DNA from: Clostridiales bacterium
Lineage (GTDB): Bacteria; Bacillota; Clostridia; Christensenellales; CAG-138
Assembly (NCBI GenBank): GCA_012517905.1
Contig: JAAYUE010000024.1
Span: 7,186-71,185 of the forward strand
Direction: 5' to 3'
DNA: 64,000 bases
Part shown: positions 1 to 9,167 of the stretch, one piece after another
Layout of the letters: each line of letters begins with the position of its first letter
Numbering within the stretch: position 1 is the first letter of the stretch
Translations under genes and position numbers: made by a program
The notes under the pieces: model-generated
Database searches by the model: none
Seen by the model: only the letters and a program-made list of their open reading frames with translations
Told to the model about the DNA's origin: nothing

Positions 1-840
1 GTCGATCTGAGCGACTACAAGATGCCGCCGTGCATCATCCTCCGCTCCGACGGGGCGACGCTGTACGCCACGCGCGACATCGCCGCCGCGCTCTATCGCA
101 AGGACACCTACGATTTTGCCAAGTGTCTCTATGTGGTGGCCTATCAGCAGGACCTGCATTTCCGGCAGTGGTTCAAGGTGGTCGAACTGATGGGTTACGA
201 CTGGGCGAAAGACCTCGTTCACGTCTCTTTCGGCATGGTCAGCGGCACGGAAGGCGCGTTTTCCACGCGCAAGGGCAACATGGTCAAGCTTAGAGACGTG
301 CTCTCCGCCGCCTGCGAAAAGACCTACGACATCATCTGCGAAAAGAGCCCGGACCTGGAGGATAAGGAGACCATCGCCAAACAGGTCGGCGTCGGCGCGC
401 TGGTCTGGAACAGCCTCTACAACGGGCGCATCAAGGACGTCGTGTTCGACTGGGACGCGGTGCTCAACTTCGACGGCGAGACGGGTCCCTACGCGCAGTA
501 TACGCATGCGCGCGCCTGCTCCGTGCTCAGAAAAGCGGGCTACGCGCCCGGCGCGGTCGATTATTCCGTGCTGGCGGACGCGGAGGCTGCGGCGGTCGTC
601 GCCGCCATCGGCGCGTTTCCGCAGGCGGTGGTCGAGGCGATGGAGAAAAACGAGCCGTATTTCGTCACCCGCGCGGTGATGGGCGTCTGCGCTGCGTTCA
701 ACAAGTTCTACTACGAGCAGCGCATCATGGCGGACGACGAAACCGTCCGCGCCGCACGGCTCGCGCTGACCGACGCGACGCGTCAGGTGATCGCCGTCGG
801 CCTCGGACTCATCGGCGTCGCCGCGCCGGAGCGCATGTAA
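1..840 (+). CDS. argS: Arginyl-tRNA synthetase, C-terminal part (5' end outside window)
   Basis: Frame open from base 1; motifs RSDGATLYATRDIAA, YVVAYQQDLHF, FSTRKG (KMSKS-like), LNFDGETGPYAQYTHAR, ends APERM. Confidence 0.97.
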   Translation, partial: VDLSDYKMPPCIILRSDGATLYATRDIAAALYRKDTYDFAKCLYVVAYQQDLHFRQWFKVVELMGYDWAKDLVHVSFGMVSGTEGAFSTRKGNMVKLRDVLSAACEKTYDIICEKSPDLEDKETIAKQVGVGALVWNSLYNGRIKDVVFDWDAVLNFDGETGPYAQYTHARACSVLRKAGYAPGAVDYSVLADAEAAAVVAAIGAFPQAVVEAMEKNEPYFVTRAVMGVCAAFNKFYYEQRIMADDETVRAARLALTDATRQVIAVGLGLIGVAAPERM

Positions 841-876
841 AAAAAAAAGAAACGAAACGACATACAGGGGGATCGT

Positions 877-2157
877 ATGCTGGATATCAAACTGATCCGC
901 ACGCAGCCGGAGCTCGTTAAACAAAACATCGAAAAGAAGTTCCAGTTTGAAAAGCTCGCGCTGGTGGACGAAGTGCTCGCGCTGGACAAGGAGTACCGCG
1001 AGGCGCATACGCGCGCGGACTATCTCCGATCCCAGCGCAACGCCATTTCCAAGTCCATCGGCAACCTCATGGCGAAAGGCCGGCGCGAGGAAGCCGAGGC
1101 CGCCAAAGCGCAGGTGAGCGACATGGCGGACGAGATGGCGCGCCTTGCGGTGCGGGAGGACGAGCTATCCGCCGAAATCAAAAAGCGCATGCTCGTGATT
1201 CCGAACATCATTGACGCAAGCGTGCCCATCGGCAGGGACGACTCGGAAAACGTCGAAGTGCAGCGTTACGGCGAGCCGGTCGTGCCGGCGTTTGAGATTC
1301 CCTACCATGTGGAGATCATGGAGAAATTCAAGGGCATCGACCTCGACGCCGCGCGAAAGACCAGCGGAAACGGGTTTTACTACCTCTGAGGCGACATCGC
1401 GCTGCTGCAGTCCGCCATCCTCGCCTACGCGCGGGACTTCATGGTGGACCGCGGGTTTACATACTACATTCCGCCGTTCATGATCCGCAGCGGCGTGGTG
1501 GACGGCGTGATGAGTTTTTCCGAGATGGAAGGCATGATGTACAAGATCGAGGGAGAGGACCTCTATCTCATCGGCACCAGCGAGCATTCCATGATCGGCA
1601 AGTTTATCGACACCTTCCTCGAAGAGAGCGAGCTGCCGCAGACGCTGACGAGCTATTCGCCGTGCTTTCGCAAAGAAGTTGGCGCACACGGCATCGAGGA
1701 GCGCGGGGTCTACCGCATCCATCAGTTTGAAAAGCAGGAGATGATCGTGGTCTGCAAGCCCGAGGAGAGCATGGACTGGTTCGGAAAGCTCTTGCAAAAC
1801 ACGATCGATTTCTTCCGCACGCTGGATATCCCCGTGCGCTCGCTGGAGTGCTGCTCCGGCGATCTGGCCGATCTCAAGGTCAAGAGCATGGACGTGGAGG
1901 CATGGTCGCCGCGCCAGCAGAAATATTTCGAGGTGGGCAGCTGTAGTAACCTCGGCGACGCGCAGGCGCGAAGGCTCAGCATCCGCGTGAAAAACAAGGA
2001 GACGGGCAACTACTTTCCGCATACGCTCAACAACACCGTCGTCGCCCCGCCGCGCATGCTCATCGCGTTTCTCGAAAACAACCTCCGCGAAGACGGCAGC
2101 GTCGCGATTCCCGTTGCGCTCAGGCCGTATTTTCGGAACAAGACGGAGATTCGGTAA
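877..2157 (+). CDS. serS: Seryl-tRNA synthetase with one in-frame TGA at 1387-1389 (426 codons if read through)
   Basis: ORFs 877-1389 and 1441-2157 share a frame and the intervening codons read GDIALLQSAILAYARDF; MLDIKLIR start, coiled-coil arm, LIGTSEH, FRKE, RIHQFEKQE, EVGSCSN, HTLNNT. Confidence 0.95.
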
Positions 2158-2217
2158 CTTCCTTTCTTTTGAAAAAGAAAGGAATCAAAGAAAACGTCCA
2201 TTGAATGCAGGACACAT

Positions 2218-2246
2218 AAAAAGGAACTGCTCAGGCAGTTCCTTTT
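2218..2246. terminator. Bidirectional intrinsic terminator between serS and the WYL regulator
   Basis: A5-GGAACTGC-tcag-GCAGTTCC-T4. Confidence 0.85.
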
Positions 2247-2273
2247 GTGCTTCTCACATGTGCTATTCCGGCA

Positions 2274-3206
2274 CTAATCTTCATACAGTGCGGCAATAGC
2301 GGTTGCTCGCCGCCGCATCTCCGCACGGACGCGCGCAGGTTCGAGGCACTCGCATTTGCTTCCGAAACTGAGTAAAATTCCGTAGTAATAGTCGTTCTCG
2401 ATGAACGGATAGTTTACAAAGTTGTGCTCGTCGCCGTCCGGTGAAATGTCTTCGTCGTTGCAGCAGTCCAGCACTCGTTCCAGAATGGATTGATGGATGC
2501 GAAGTTTGATCTTCGTTTGCAGTGTTGGAAGCATGTCGGAAATATCCAGTTGCGGCTTAGGATGCTCCCGTGGTGCAAAGCTTGCCCCAAGCATGTTTGG
2601 GTTTGACATGCGCGACAGCTTGAACAGACGAAAATCATTTCTCGTGTAACAGTACCCCTGCCAATACCATTGATTTCCCTTTAAGACAAGCTGATATGGT
2701 TCGGCGGTTCGCGCGGTTTTGTTTCCGTGGCGGTCCAGATATTCAAACGAAAGCAGCTTTTGTTCCTGCAGCGCCGTTTTAATCGTTTCCAAGGTTAGTT
2801 GCACGTTCCGGCTGCCCATCCAAGGACTTAGATCGATGGATATTTGATTTGCCTTGCATTCAATGTCCTTCGCCCGGTCGGCGGGGATAAAACTCCGGAC
2901 TTTCGCAAATGCGTTTACCAGCTCGTCGCCCCGTATCATGCCGGAAAGGCTGCTTAGCCCCATCAGGATCGCGGACAGGTCGGCGGTTGAAAACACGCCT
3001 TTGTCGAGCTTGTATTGCTTCATGATCTCAAACCCGCCGTTTACACCCGAAATCGAGCGAACGGGAATCCCCGCCAGATTGATCGCGTCGATGTCGCGGT
3101 AGATGGTGCGGGCAGAGACCTCGAACAGATTGGCCAGCTCCTGCGCGCCGATCCGCTCTTTCTCCAAAAGCAGCATTATCATGCTGACCAGCCGGTCGAT
3201 TTTCAT
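2274..3206 (-). CDS. YafY-family HTH-WYL-WCX transcriptional regulator
   Basis: N-terminal wHTH (AQELANLFEVSARTIYRDIDAI); WYL domain (RTAEPYQLVLKGNQWYWQGYCYTRNDFRLFKLSRM); C-terminal ECLEP. Confidence 0.93.
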   Translation of the reverse strand: MKIDRLVSMIMLLLEKERIGAQELANLFEVSARTIYRDIDAINLAGIPVRSISGVNGGFEIMKQYKLDKGVFSTADLSAILMGLSSLSGMIRGDELVNAFAKVRSFIPADRAKDIECKANQISIDLSPWMGSRNVQLTLETIKTALQEQKLLSFEYLDRHGNKTARTAEPYQLVLKGNQWYWQGYCYTRNDFRLFKLSRMSNPNMLGASFAPREHPKPQLDISDMLPTLQTKIKLRIHQSILERVLDCCNDEDISPDGDEHNFVNYPFIENDYYYGILLSFGSKCECLEPARVRAEMRRRATAIAALYED

Positions 3207-3244
3207 CCGCAGCCTCCTTCCAGATTTTCTTTATTTTAGCATGG

Positions 3245-3270
3245 ATTGTTGCCATAAGGATGTCAACAAT
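3245..3270. promoter_or_regulatory. Inverted-repeat operator between the divergent WYL regulator and cysteine hydrolase
   Basis: ATTGTTGCCA-N6-TGTCAACAAT (9/10 palindromic); TATAAT at 3278-3283. Confidence 0.6.
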
Positions 3271-3322
3271 TAACTTGTATAATGTGGATAAAAAATCGAT
3301 CTATTTATCGGGAGGAAATACC

Positions 3323-3808
3323 ATGCAGAAAAAAGCCCTGGTGATCATCGACATTCAAAACGACATTACGAAGAATTACAGGGATGTGATCGGCAATATC
3401 AATCAAGCGATCGATTGGGCGGTTGCGCATGATATCCACGTCGTCTACATCCGGCATGAAAATCTATCCGCCGGTACGAGGACGTTTAAACCCGATACAC
3501 GCGGGGCCGAATTGGTGCCGGACATGAAACTGGTTTCAGGGAATATTTTCACAAAATACAAAGGAAACGCATTGACCAGCGAAGGATTTGCCGAATTCAT
3601 TCGCAGAAATGAGATCAGTGATTTCTATATCGCAGGGGCGGATGCTGTCGCCTGCGTGAAATCAACCTGCTACAACATGCGTCTAGCAAACTATCGCGTA
3701 ACTGTCCTGTCGGATTGCATCACCAGCTATGATAAGAAAAAGATCGAGGGAATGCTGCGCTATTATGAAAGCAAAGGCTGTAATATTATCACTCTGAATG
3801 CTCTGTAA
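3323..3808 (+). CDS. Isochorismatase-family cysteine hydrolase
   Basis: RBS GGAGG before ATG 3323; ALVIIDIQND, IFTKYKGNAL, AGADAVACV catalytic D-K-C pattern. Confidence 0.9.
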   Translation: MQKKALVIIDIQNDITKNYRDVIGNINQAIDWAVAHDIHVVYIRHENLSAGTRTFKPDTRGAELVPDMKLVSGNIFTKYKGNALTSEGFAEFIRRNEISDFYIAGADAVACVKSTCYNMRLANYRVTVLSDCITSYDKKKIEGMLRYYESKGCNIITLNAL

Positions 3809-3822
3809 AGGCGCGATCGCAC

Positions 3823-3856
3823 AAAAAAAGGAACTGCTGGCGCAGTTCCTTTTTTT
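3823..3856. terminator. Bidirectional intrinsic terminator, same stem as 2218-2246
   Basis: A7-GGAACTGC-tggc-GCAGTTCC-T7. Confidence 0.88.
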
Positions 3857-3869
3857 AGTTGCCTTCGTG

Positions 3870-4826
3870 TTAACCTGCGGGTTGCTCCGTCGTGGTGTCG
3901 GTGGTCTCCGTCAGGCCGGGATCGGCTGCCGCCTGCTCCGCCGCCTTGGCTTCCGCGCCGCCCGCGCAGTAGTCGCAGGGGTCATAGCGATGCGCCGCAA
4001 ACGCGTCGTCCAGCGTGCCGGAGTAGAGCGTGCCGCCTTCTTCTGCGGGAACCTTATCCTTGATGTACGGGCAGTCGCGGTCGAAGTGGTAGCTCTTGCC
4101 GTAGCGCGTCCAGTAGACGGTGCCGGTATAGTCGGCCTCCGCCGCTGCCGCCTGCTGCAGCTGGGCGACCTCCGCGTCGTTCGGCTGATGATAGTCGGCG
4201 GACGCGGTGCCCGCGCCGACGAGCAACGCCGCGAGGAGGACGATGAGAATGGTCTTGGTTTTCTTATTGAGCTTGTCGGATTTGGCGACGAGGAAGATGC
4301 CGATGGGCAGGAAGCACACGAGCACCATGATCACGCCAAGCTGGTGCCAGACCGTGCGGACGAACTTGCTGTTCGAGAGGCTCGGATGGATGCGGTTGGC
4401 TTTCTTCCAGAGCTGCGCGGCGACGATGCAGAAGATTGCGTCGAGCACCAGCGCGCCGATCATCAGGAGAAATTCCGGGTCGTTCCAGTTTTGCGCGCCG
4501 TTGCGGATTGCGTAACTGAACGCGAAAAACGCGCCGACTTCCGCCGCAAGCGCGAGCACCCAGAGTACGATTGCCGCGATGCGCAAGCCCTTGACGGAGC
4601 CGCTGCCGCCGGATGCGGGCGCTTCGGCTGCCGGTTCGACGGATTCTTCGACTTTTTCGGCCTTCACGGGCGCCTTGCTGGGCACCTTTGCGGGCGCTTT
4701 GGGCGTCTGTTTCGTGCCGGAAGATTTCGTCGCCGAGGATTTTGCCTGAGCGGCCTTTTTCGCGGCGGCGGCTTTCTTCGCGGCCTCCGCTTTTGCCGCG
4801 TCGGACACAGTCGGTTTCTTTTCCAT
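3870..4826 (-). CDS. Membrane protein: Lys/Ala-rich N-tail, about 4 TM helices, C-terminal His/Cys metal-binding (Ada-like) domain
   Basis: RBS GGAGG; hydrophobic helices; VYWTRYGKSYHFDRDC...YDPCDYC. Confidence 0.8.
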   Translation of the reverse strand: MEKKPTVSDAAKAEAAKKAAAAKKAAQAKSSATKSSGTKQTPKAPAKVPSKAPVKAEKVEESVEPAAEAPASGGSGSVKGLRIAAIVLWVLALAAEVGAFFAFSYAIRNGAQNWNDPEFLLMIGALVLDAIFCIVAAQLWKKANRIHPSLSNSKFVRTVWHQLGVIMVLVCFLPIGIFLVAKSDKLNKKTKTILIVLLAALLVGAGTASADYHQPNDAEVAQLQQAAAAEADYTGTVYWTRYGKSYHFDRDCPYIKDKVPAEEGGTLYSGTLDDAFAAHRYDPCDYCAGGAEAKAAEQAAADPGLTETTDTTTEQPAG

Positions 4827-5051
4827 TCGGTACCTCCACGATCTGAACTAGTAATTGATTACAGTATAACAATAACAAAAATCGTTTGCAAGAACTCCGC
4901 TCGGGCAATCCCGTTTCGCTGGCGGATTTCCCGTTTGGCTGATATAATAAAAACTGCGACGGCCCGCAGGTCGTGTTTTCATCGGTGCGAACGGCGGCGC
5001 GGGCGCGCGGCGATCCATTTCAACACATCTTCGGAGGAACAGAGAACCCCT

Positions 5052-6233
5052 ATGCTGAACTTTGAATTTTACAGCCCGACGCGCCTCATCTTCGGAAAAG
5101 GTACGGCGGATCAGATCGGCGCCCACATCGCGCCGCTGGCAAAAAAGGTACTGGTGCATTACGGCAGCGACCGCATCGAGAAAAACGGGCTGCTCGCGCG
5201 CATCACCGATTCGCTGGCCGCCGCCGGCGTGTCGTCTGTCGCGCTCGGCGGCGTGCGGCCCAATCCGGACGTCGAGCTGGTCCGGCAGGGCGTCGAACTG
5301 GCGCGCAGAGAGGGCGTGGAGCTCGTGCTCTGCGTCGGCGGCGGCTCGGTTATCGACTCCGGCAAAGGCATCGCGCTGGGACTGAAAAATCCGGACGCCG
5401 ATCTCTGGGAGGTCTACGAGAAAAACCTCGACACCGCCGGTGCGTATCCCGTCGCCTGCGTGCTCACCTTTCCCGCCGCGGGCAGCGAGAGCAGCAACAG
5501 CACCGTGCTGAGCAACTATCAACTGCAAAAAAAATGCGGCTACAACCGCGAGTATAACCGCCCCCTGCTCGCCGTCATCGACCCGACGCTGTTTGAGTCG
5601 ATTCCGAAATTTCAGATCGCGGCCGGTGTTGCGGACATGATGAGCCACATCTTTGAGCGGTATTTTTCGAACACCGAGCATACCGAGCTGGTCGATTCGC
5701 TCGCGGAGGCGACCCTGCGCACGCTGATTGCGTTCGGGCCGAAGGTCGTAGAAGACCCCACGGATTACGACGCCTGGTGCCAGATCGCGCTTGCGGGAAA
5801 CATTGCGCACAACAACCTGCTCGGCGTCGGCAGGGAGCAGGACTGGGCCTGCCACAGGCTGGACCACGAGCTCACCGCGCGCTTCGGCGTGACGCACGGC
5901 GCGGGGCTTGCGGTGCTCACGCCCGCATGGATGCGCCATGTCTGGCGCGTCAATCCGAAGCGGTTTTACGACTTTGCGGTGCGCATCATGGGCGAGGAGG
6001 AGCAGCCGCAGGCCGTCGCGGCGACCATCGAGAGCGGCGTTTCCGCGTTGGAGACGTTCTTCTCGCGGCTGGGACTGCCGAGCCGCCTGAGCAAGCTCGG
6101 CGTGGACGCGGCGCAGATTCCCGACATCGCGCGGGTGGTGACGCATGCGCCGGACGGAAGCGACCGCCCGCTCGGCGTGCTCAAAAAGATCTACGAGGCG
6201 GACGCCGCTGCGATCTACCGGCGCGCGATCTGA
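5052..6233 (+). CDS. Iron-containing alcohol dehydrogenase (BdhA/YqhD-like)
   Basis: RBS GGAGG; MLNFEFYSPTRLIFGKG, VGGGSVIDSGK, GSES, DMMSHIFERY, WACHRLDHEL, THGAGLA; upstream extension in the ORF track is spurious. Confidence 0.95.
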   Translation: MLNFEFYSPTRLIFGKGTADQIGAHIAPLAKKVLVHYGSDRIEKNGLLARITDSLAAAGVSSVALGGVRPNPDVELVRQGVELARREGVELVLCVGGGSVIDSGKGIALGLKNPDADLWEVYEKNLDTAGAYPVACVLTFPAAGSESSNSTVLSNYQLQKKCGYNREYNRPLLAVIDPTLFESIPKFQIAAGVADMMSHIFERYFSNTEHTELVDSLAEATLRTLIAFGPKVVEDPTDYDAWCQIALAGNIAHNNLLGVGREQDWACHRLDHELTARFGVTHGAGLAVLTPAWMRHVWRVNPKRFYDFAVRIMGEEEQPQAVAATIESGVSALETFFSRLGLPSRLSKLGVDAAQIPDIARVVTHAPDGSDRPLGVLKKIYEADAAAIYRRAI

Positions 6234-6246
6234 ACCCGTTATCAAC

Positions 6247-6277
6247 AAAACTCCCCGCCGTGAGGCGGGGAGTTTTT
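6247..6277. terminator. Bidirectional intrinsic terminator
   Basis: AAAA-CTCCCCGCC-gtga-GGCGGGGAG-TTTTT. Confidence 0.9.
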
Positions 6278-6291
6278 GTCTTTGGTTCGGT

Positions 6292-7065
6292 TCAGCCGGG
6301 AATGTCGCCGACGCCGTTCAGCACCAGACGCGGGCGGTAGGGGAAGCGGTTCATCTCCTCCTCGCTCGTCACGCCCGAGAGCACGAGCACGGTGTCCAGC
6401 CCGCTTTCCACGCCTGCGACGATGTCCGTGTCCATCCGGTCGCCGATCATCGCGGCTTCGGTGGAGTGCACGCCGAGCATCCGCAGCCCTGTGCGCATCA
6501 TCAGCGGGTTGGGCTTGCCTACAAAGTAGGCGGATTTGCCGGTCGCCAGTTCGATGGGCGCGATCAGCGCGCGGCAGGCGGGGATGATGCCGCTCTCCGA
6601 AGGGCCGGTCAGGTCGGTGTTGGTGCCGATGAGCTTCGCGCCGTTTCGCACGAGCTGCACGGCCTTGAGAATGCTCTCGTAGTTGTAGTTGTTCGTTTCG
6701 CCGACGATCACGTAATCCGGATCGATGCCGTTGGTCATGATGCCCGCCTCATAGAGTGCGTTGAAGAGCCCCGGCGCGCCGATGATATAGGCGCTGCTGC
6801 CGGGCGCCTGCGTGCGGATGAAATTCGCGGTGGCAAGCGCGCTGGTGTAAAAGTGGCTTTCGTCGACGTCCAGTCCCATGCGGGCGAGTTTGCTTTGCAG
6901 TTCCTTCGGCGTCTTGCCGCTGGCGTTGGTGAGGAAGAGAAACTTCTTATCCTCACGATAGAGCCAGTCGACAAACTCCTTGACGCCCGGCAGAAGCCGC
7001 TCGCCATGGTAGATCACGCCGTCCATATCGCAGATGAAGCCTTTTTTACTGCGTAAGGTGTCCAT
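6292..7065 (-). CDS. nagD: HAD-IIA hydrolase, NagD-like nucleotide phosphatase
   Basis: CDMDGVIY, FLTNAS, GKPNPLMM, MIGDRMDTDI, LVLSGVT. Confidence 0.9.
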   Translation of the reverse strand: MDTLRSKKGFICDMDGVIYHGERLLPGVKEFVDWLYREDKKFLFLTNASGKTPKELQSKLARMGLDVDESHFYTSALATANFIRTQAPGSSAYIIGAPGLFNALYEAGIMTNGIDPDYVIVGETNNYNYESILKAVQLVRNGAKLIGTNTDLTGPSESGIIPACRALIAPIELATGKSAYFVGKPNPLMMRTGLRMLGVHSTEAAMIGDRMDTDIVAGVESGLDTVLVLSGVTSEEEMNRFPYRPRLVLNGVGDIPG

Positions 7066-7245
7066 GTATTTCCTTTCTTTTTCTTCTTACTTCTTTTCTT
7101 TCTATTTTCACTGACAAGAGCATATCACGTTTCGAAAACCAGCACAAGCGCGGCTGCGGTTTCCGCCGGGAGGTTTGTCAGCGCGCCGTTTGCGCGGCAA
7201 AAAAGCCGCGCCGGCCTGCCGATGGCCGAAAAAGGAGCGAATGAG

Positions 7246-7288
7246 TTCACATTTGCTCTATAGTTCGTTCAAACGCATGGGGTATACT
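7246..7288 (+). promoter_or_regulatory. Promoter with TTCA direct repeats and -10 TATACT; 29/43 identical to the htrA promoter
   Basis: Ungapped match to the reverse complement of 39872-39914. Confidence 0.6.
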
Positions 7289-7362
7289 CTCTGGGTACGA
7301 ACGGGAGGCGTCCGGTCGCCGCCTTCCGCTGAACAGTTTCTGACCGATTGGGAGGCGAACGC

Positions 7363-8745
7363 ATGAAAACATCGCATCGCATCTTCCGGCGGATGCTCGC
7401 CGCGCTGGCTGCGCTGGCCGTTCTGGCGTTTGCCGCCGGCTGCGACCTGGGCGATCCCGTCGTCAGCGTCGGCTCGCCCCTGCCGGAAGCGACGGACACC
7501 GCTGTGCCGACGGACACCGCCGCGCCGGAAACGCCGAGCGCGGCTCCTTCGAATACGCCGGCCGCCACCGCCTCACCGAGCGCGGAACCGGCGGCGGAAG
7601 CGAACGGCTCCGGCGCATACAACATCACGGCGGACACCAGCGAGAGCCAGAAAACCTATTACTCGGAACTGCCGGACGAAAATGCGCTTCGCGTGGAAAA
7701 CGGCGCGCTTGCCAGCGTCGACGGGGCGAGCGTGGAAAAGCGCGCGGGCGACGCGAGCAGCCTCGACAACACGCTGTCCTGCGGCCTCAACGCGGCGCTG
7801 CTCGTGCATAAAGGCGCGCAGCTGCTGCTTGTCAACAGCGAGATCACATCCTCCCCGTTCGGCGCGGGCGGCGCGTTTGCCTGCGGCGGCGTGTTGCAGC
7901 TGCAGAGCGGCGGCGTGCGCACGACGGGGGATTTCTCCTTCGGACTCGCCGCCGATTCCGTCGGCAGCGTCTCCGCGCGGGAATACAGCATCTCGACGCA
8001 GGGCGATAACTCGCCCGCGGTCTATGCCGCGGCGGAGGGCAGCGTTACGATACAGGGCGGCATGACGGCCACCGGCGGGCTAAATTCGCCCGCGCTTTCT
8101 TCCGCGGGCGGCATCGAGGCGGCGCAGGCGACCATCCGCGCCAACAGCGCCGCTGCGGTGGAGGTCAACGGCGGTTCCGTCTCGCTCACCGACTGCGCGG
8201 TCTCCGGCGGAACGGGCGCCGCTGCAGGCGCGGCGGAAGCATACTGCGTCGCGCTCTGGCGCGGTGCGGGCGCGGGCGGAACGCAGAGCGCGTTTTCTAT
8301 GACGCGCGGCGCGCTCAGCGCAATTCGAAGCGATCTGTTTTACACGACCAATACGAGCGCAAGCATCTATCTCGAGAGCGTTTCGATTTCGCTTGGCGAA
8401 GACCGCGCGCTGCTGCGGGCGGTCGGAAACGACGGCTCGCTCGGCCGGGGCGAGGCGGGCGCAAACGGCGCGGACTGCGCGCTGACGGCAAAGGATCAAA
8501 CCCTCTCGGGCGATGTCGTTGCGGACGAACTCTCCTCCGTTTCGCTTACGCTGCAGGGAAGCTCGGCGTACACCGGCGCGGTCAACGCGGCAAACACTGC
8601 GCGCGCGGCCAGCGTCACGCTGGAAGGCGAGAGCACCTGGACGCTGACGGACAACGCGTATCTCACCGCGTTTTCCGGGCGCGTCGGCAGCATCGTCACA
8701 AACGGATTTACGGTCTATGTCGACGGCGTGCCGCTGACCGATTGA
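7363..8745 (+). CDS. Lipoprotein with P/T/A linker and predicted right-handed beta-helix domain
   Basis: RBS GGAGG; lipobox FAAGC; repeated T.G..SPA turns; C-terminal VTLEGESTWTLTDNAYLT strand. Confidence 0.8.
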   Translation: MKTSHRIFRRMLAALAALAVLAFAAGCDLGDPVVSVGSPLPEATDTAVPTDTAAPETPSAAPSNTPAATASPSAEPAAEANGSGAYNITADTSESQKTYYSELPDENALRVENGALASVDGASVEKRAGDASSLDNTLSCGLNAALLVHKGAQLLLVNSEITSSPFGAGGAFACGGVLQLQSGGVRTTGDFSFGLAADSVGSVSAREYSISTQGDNSPAVYAAAEGSVTIQGGMTATGGLNSPALSSAGGIEAAQATIRANSAAAVEVNGGSVSLTDCAVSGGTGAAAGAAEAYCVALWRGAGAGGTQSAFSMTRGALSAIRSDLFYTTNTSASIYLESVSISLGEDRALLRAVGNDGSLGRGEAGANGADCALTAKDQTLSGDVVADELSSVSLTLQGSSAYTGAVNAANTARAASVTLEGESTWTLTDNAYLTAFSGRVGSIVTNGFTVYVDGVPLTD

Positions 8746-8759
8746 ACCGAATAGCACCG

Positions 8760-8787
8760 ACGCCGCCGGTTCCGGCGGCGTTTTTTT
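8760..8787 (+). terminator. Intrinsic terminator
   Basis: CGCCGCCGG/CCGGCGGCG stem followed by T7. Confidence 0.85.
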
Positions 8788-8827
8788 ATCGATTTCTGTT
8801 CGTTTCGACCACGAAACCGGAGAAATA

Positions 8828-9100
8828 AAAACCACCCGCTGTGCGGGTGCAAAACAGGAACCAAATAAAGAAACCGCCCTTCATACGATGGAAGCGTTCT
8901 GGCTACCCAGTAAAAGGGCGGGTTCATGGCCAAACAGGCAATCTGTTTCATGCGCACGAAACGGTGCGCAAGCATCCTGCCGCGTTTCTTCCGAAGTATC
9001 GCCGAAAGAGTATCAAAAAACACAGCGAACGCCCCGGCAAAATACGCAGGCAACGCCGCCGGACGAAGCGCTGCCATAACGGCAGAGCATATCCGCGCAA
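8828..9100 (+). mobile_element. tnpA: Degenerate IS200/IS605-family element: left-end hairpin, RBS-sequestering leader and frameshifted tnpA 5' remnant
   Basis: CACCCGC-tgt-GCGGGTG hairpin 8833-8849; AACCGCCCTT/AAGGGCGGGTT stem ending just before ATG 8926 (MAKQ); FLPKYRRKSI in another frame (PKYRRK at 8991-9008), matching the Y1 TnpA FxPKYRR motif. Confidence 0.72.
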
Positions 9101-9167
9101 CTGACGCGTCGCGGCCGGCATATGGCGGCGCGGAACGCTTACGGGATGAAATGAAGACAGGGAAGGG

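Noticed and set aside
3798-5051. 811-aa ORF implying a long N-terminal extension of the alcohol dehydrogenase
   Set aside because: The extension is the antisense shadow of gene 3870-4826; the real start with RBS is 5052
7066-7110. Pyrimidine-rich tract upstream of nagD
   Set aside because: On the coding strand it is a purine-rich leader containing the RBS; no regular periodicity
8860-8930. Three-way-junction-like structure as a purine riboswitch or 6S RNA
   Set aside because: Lacks the conserved cores and is too short; better explained as the IS200 tnpA leader
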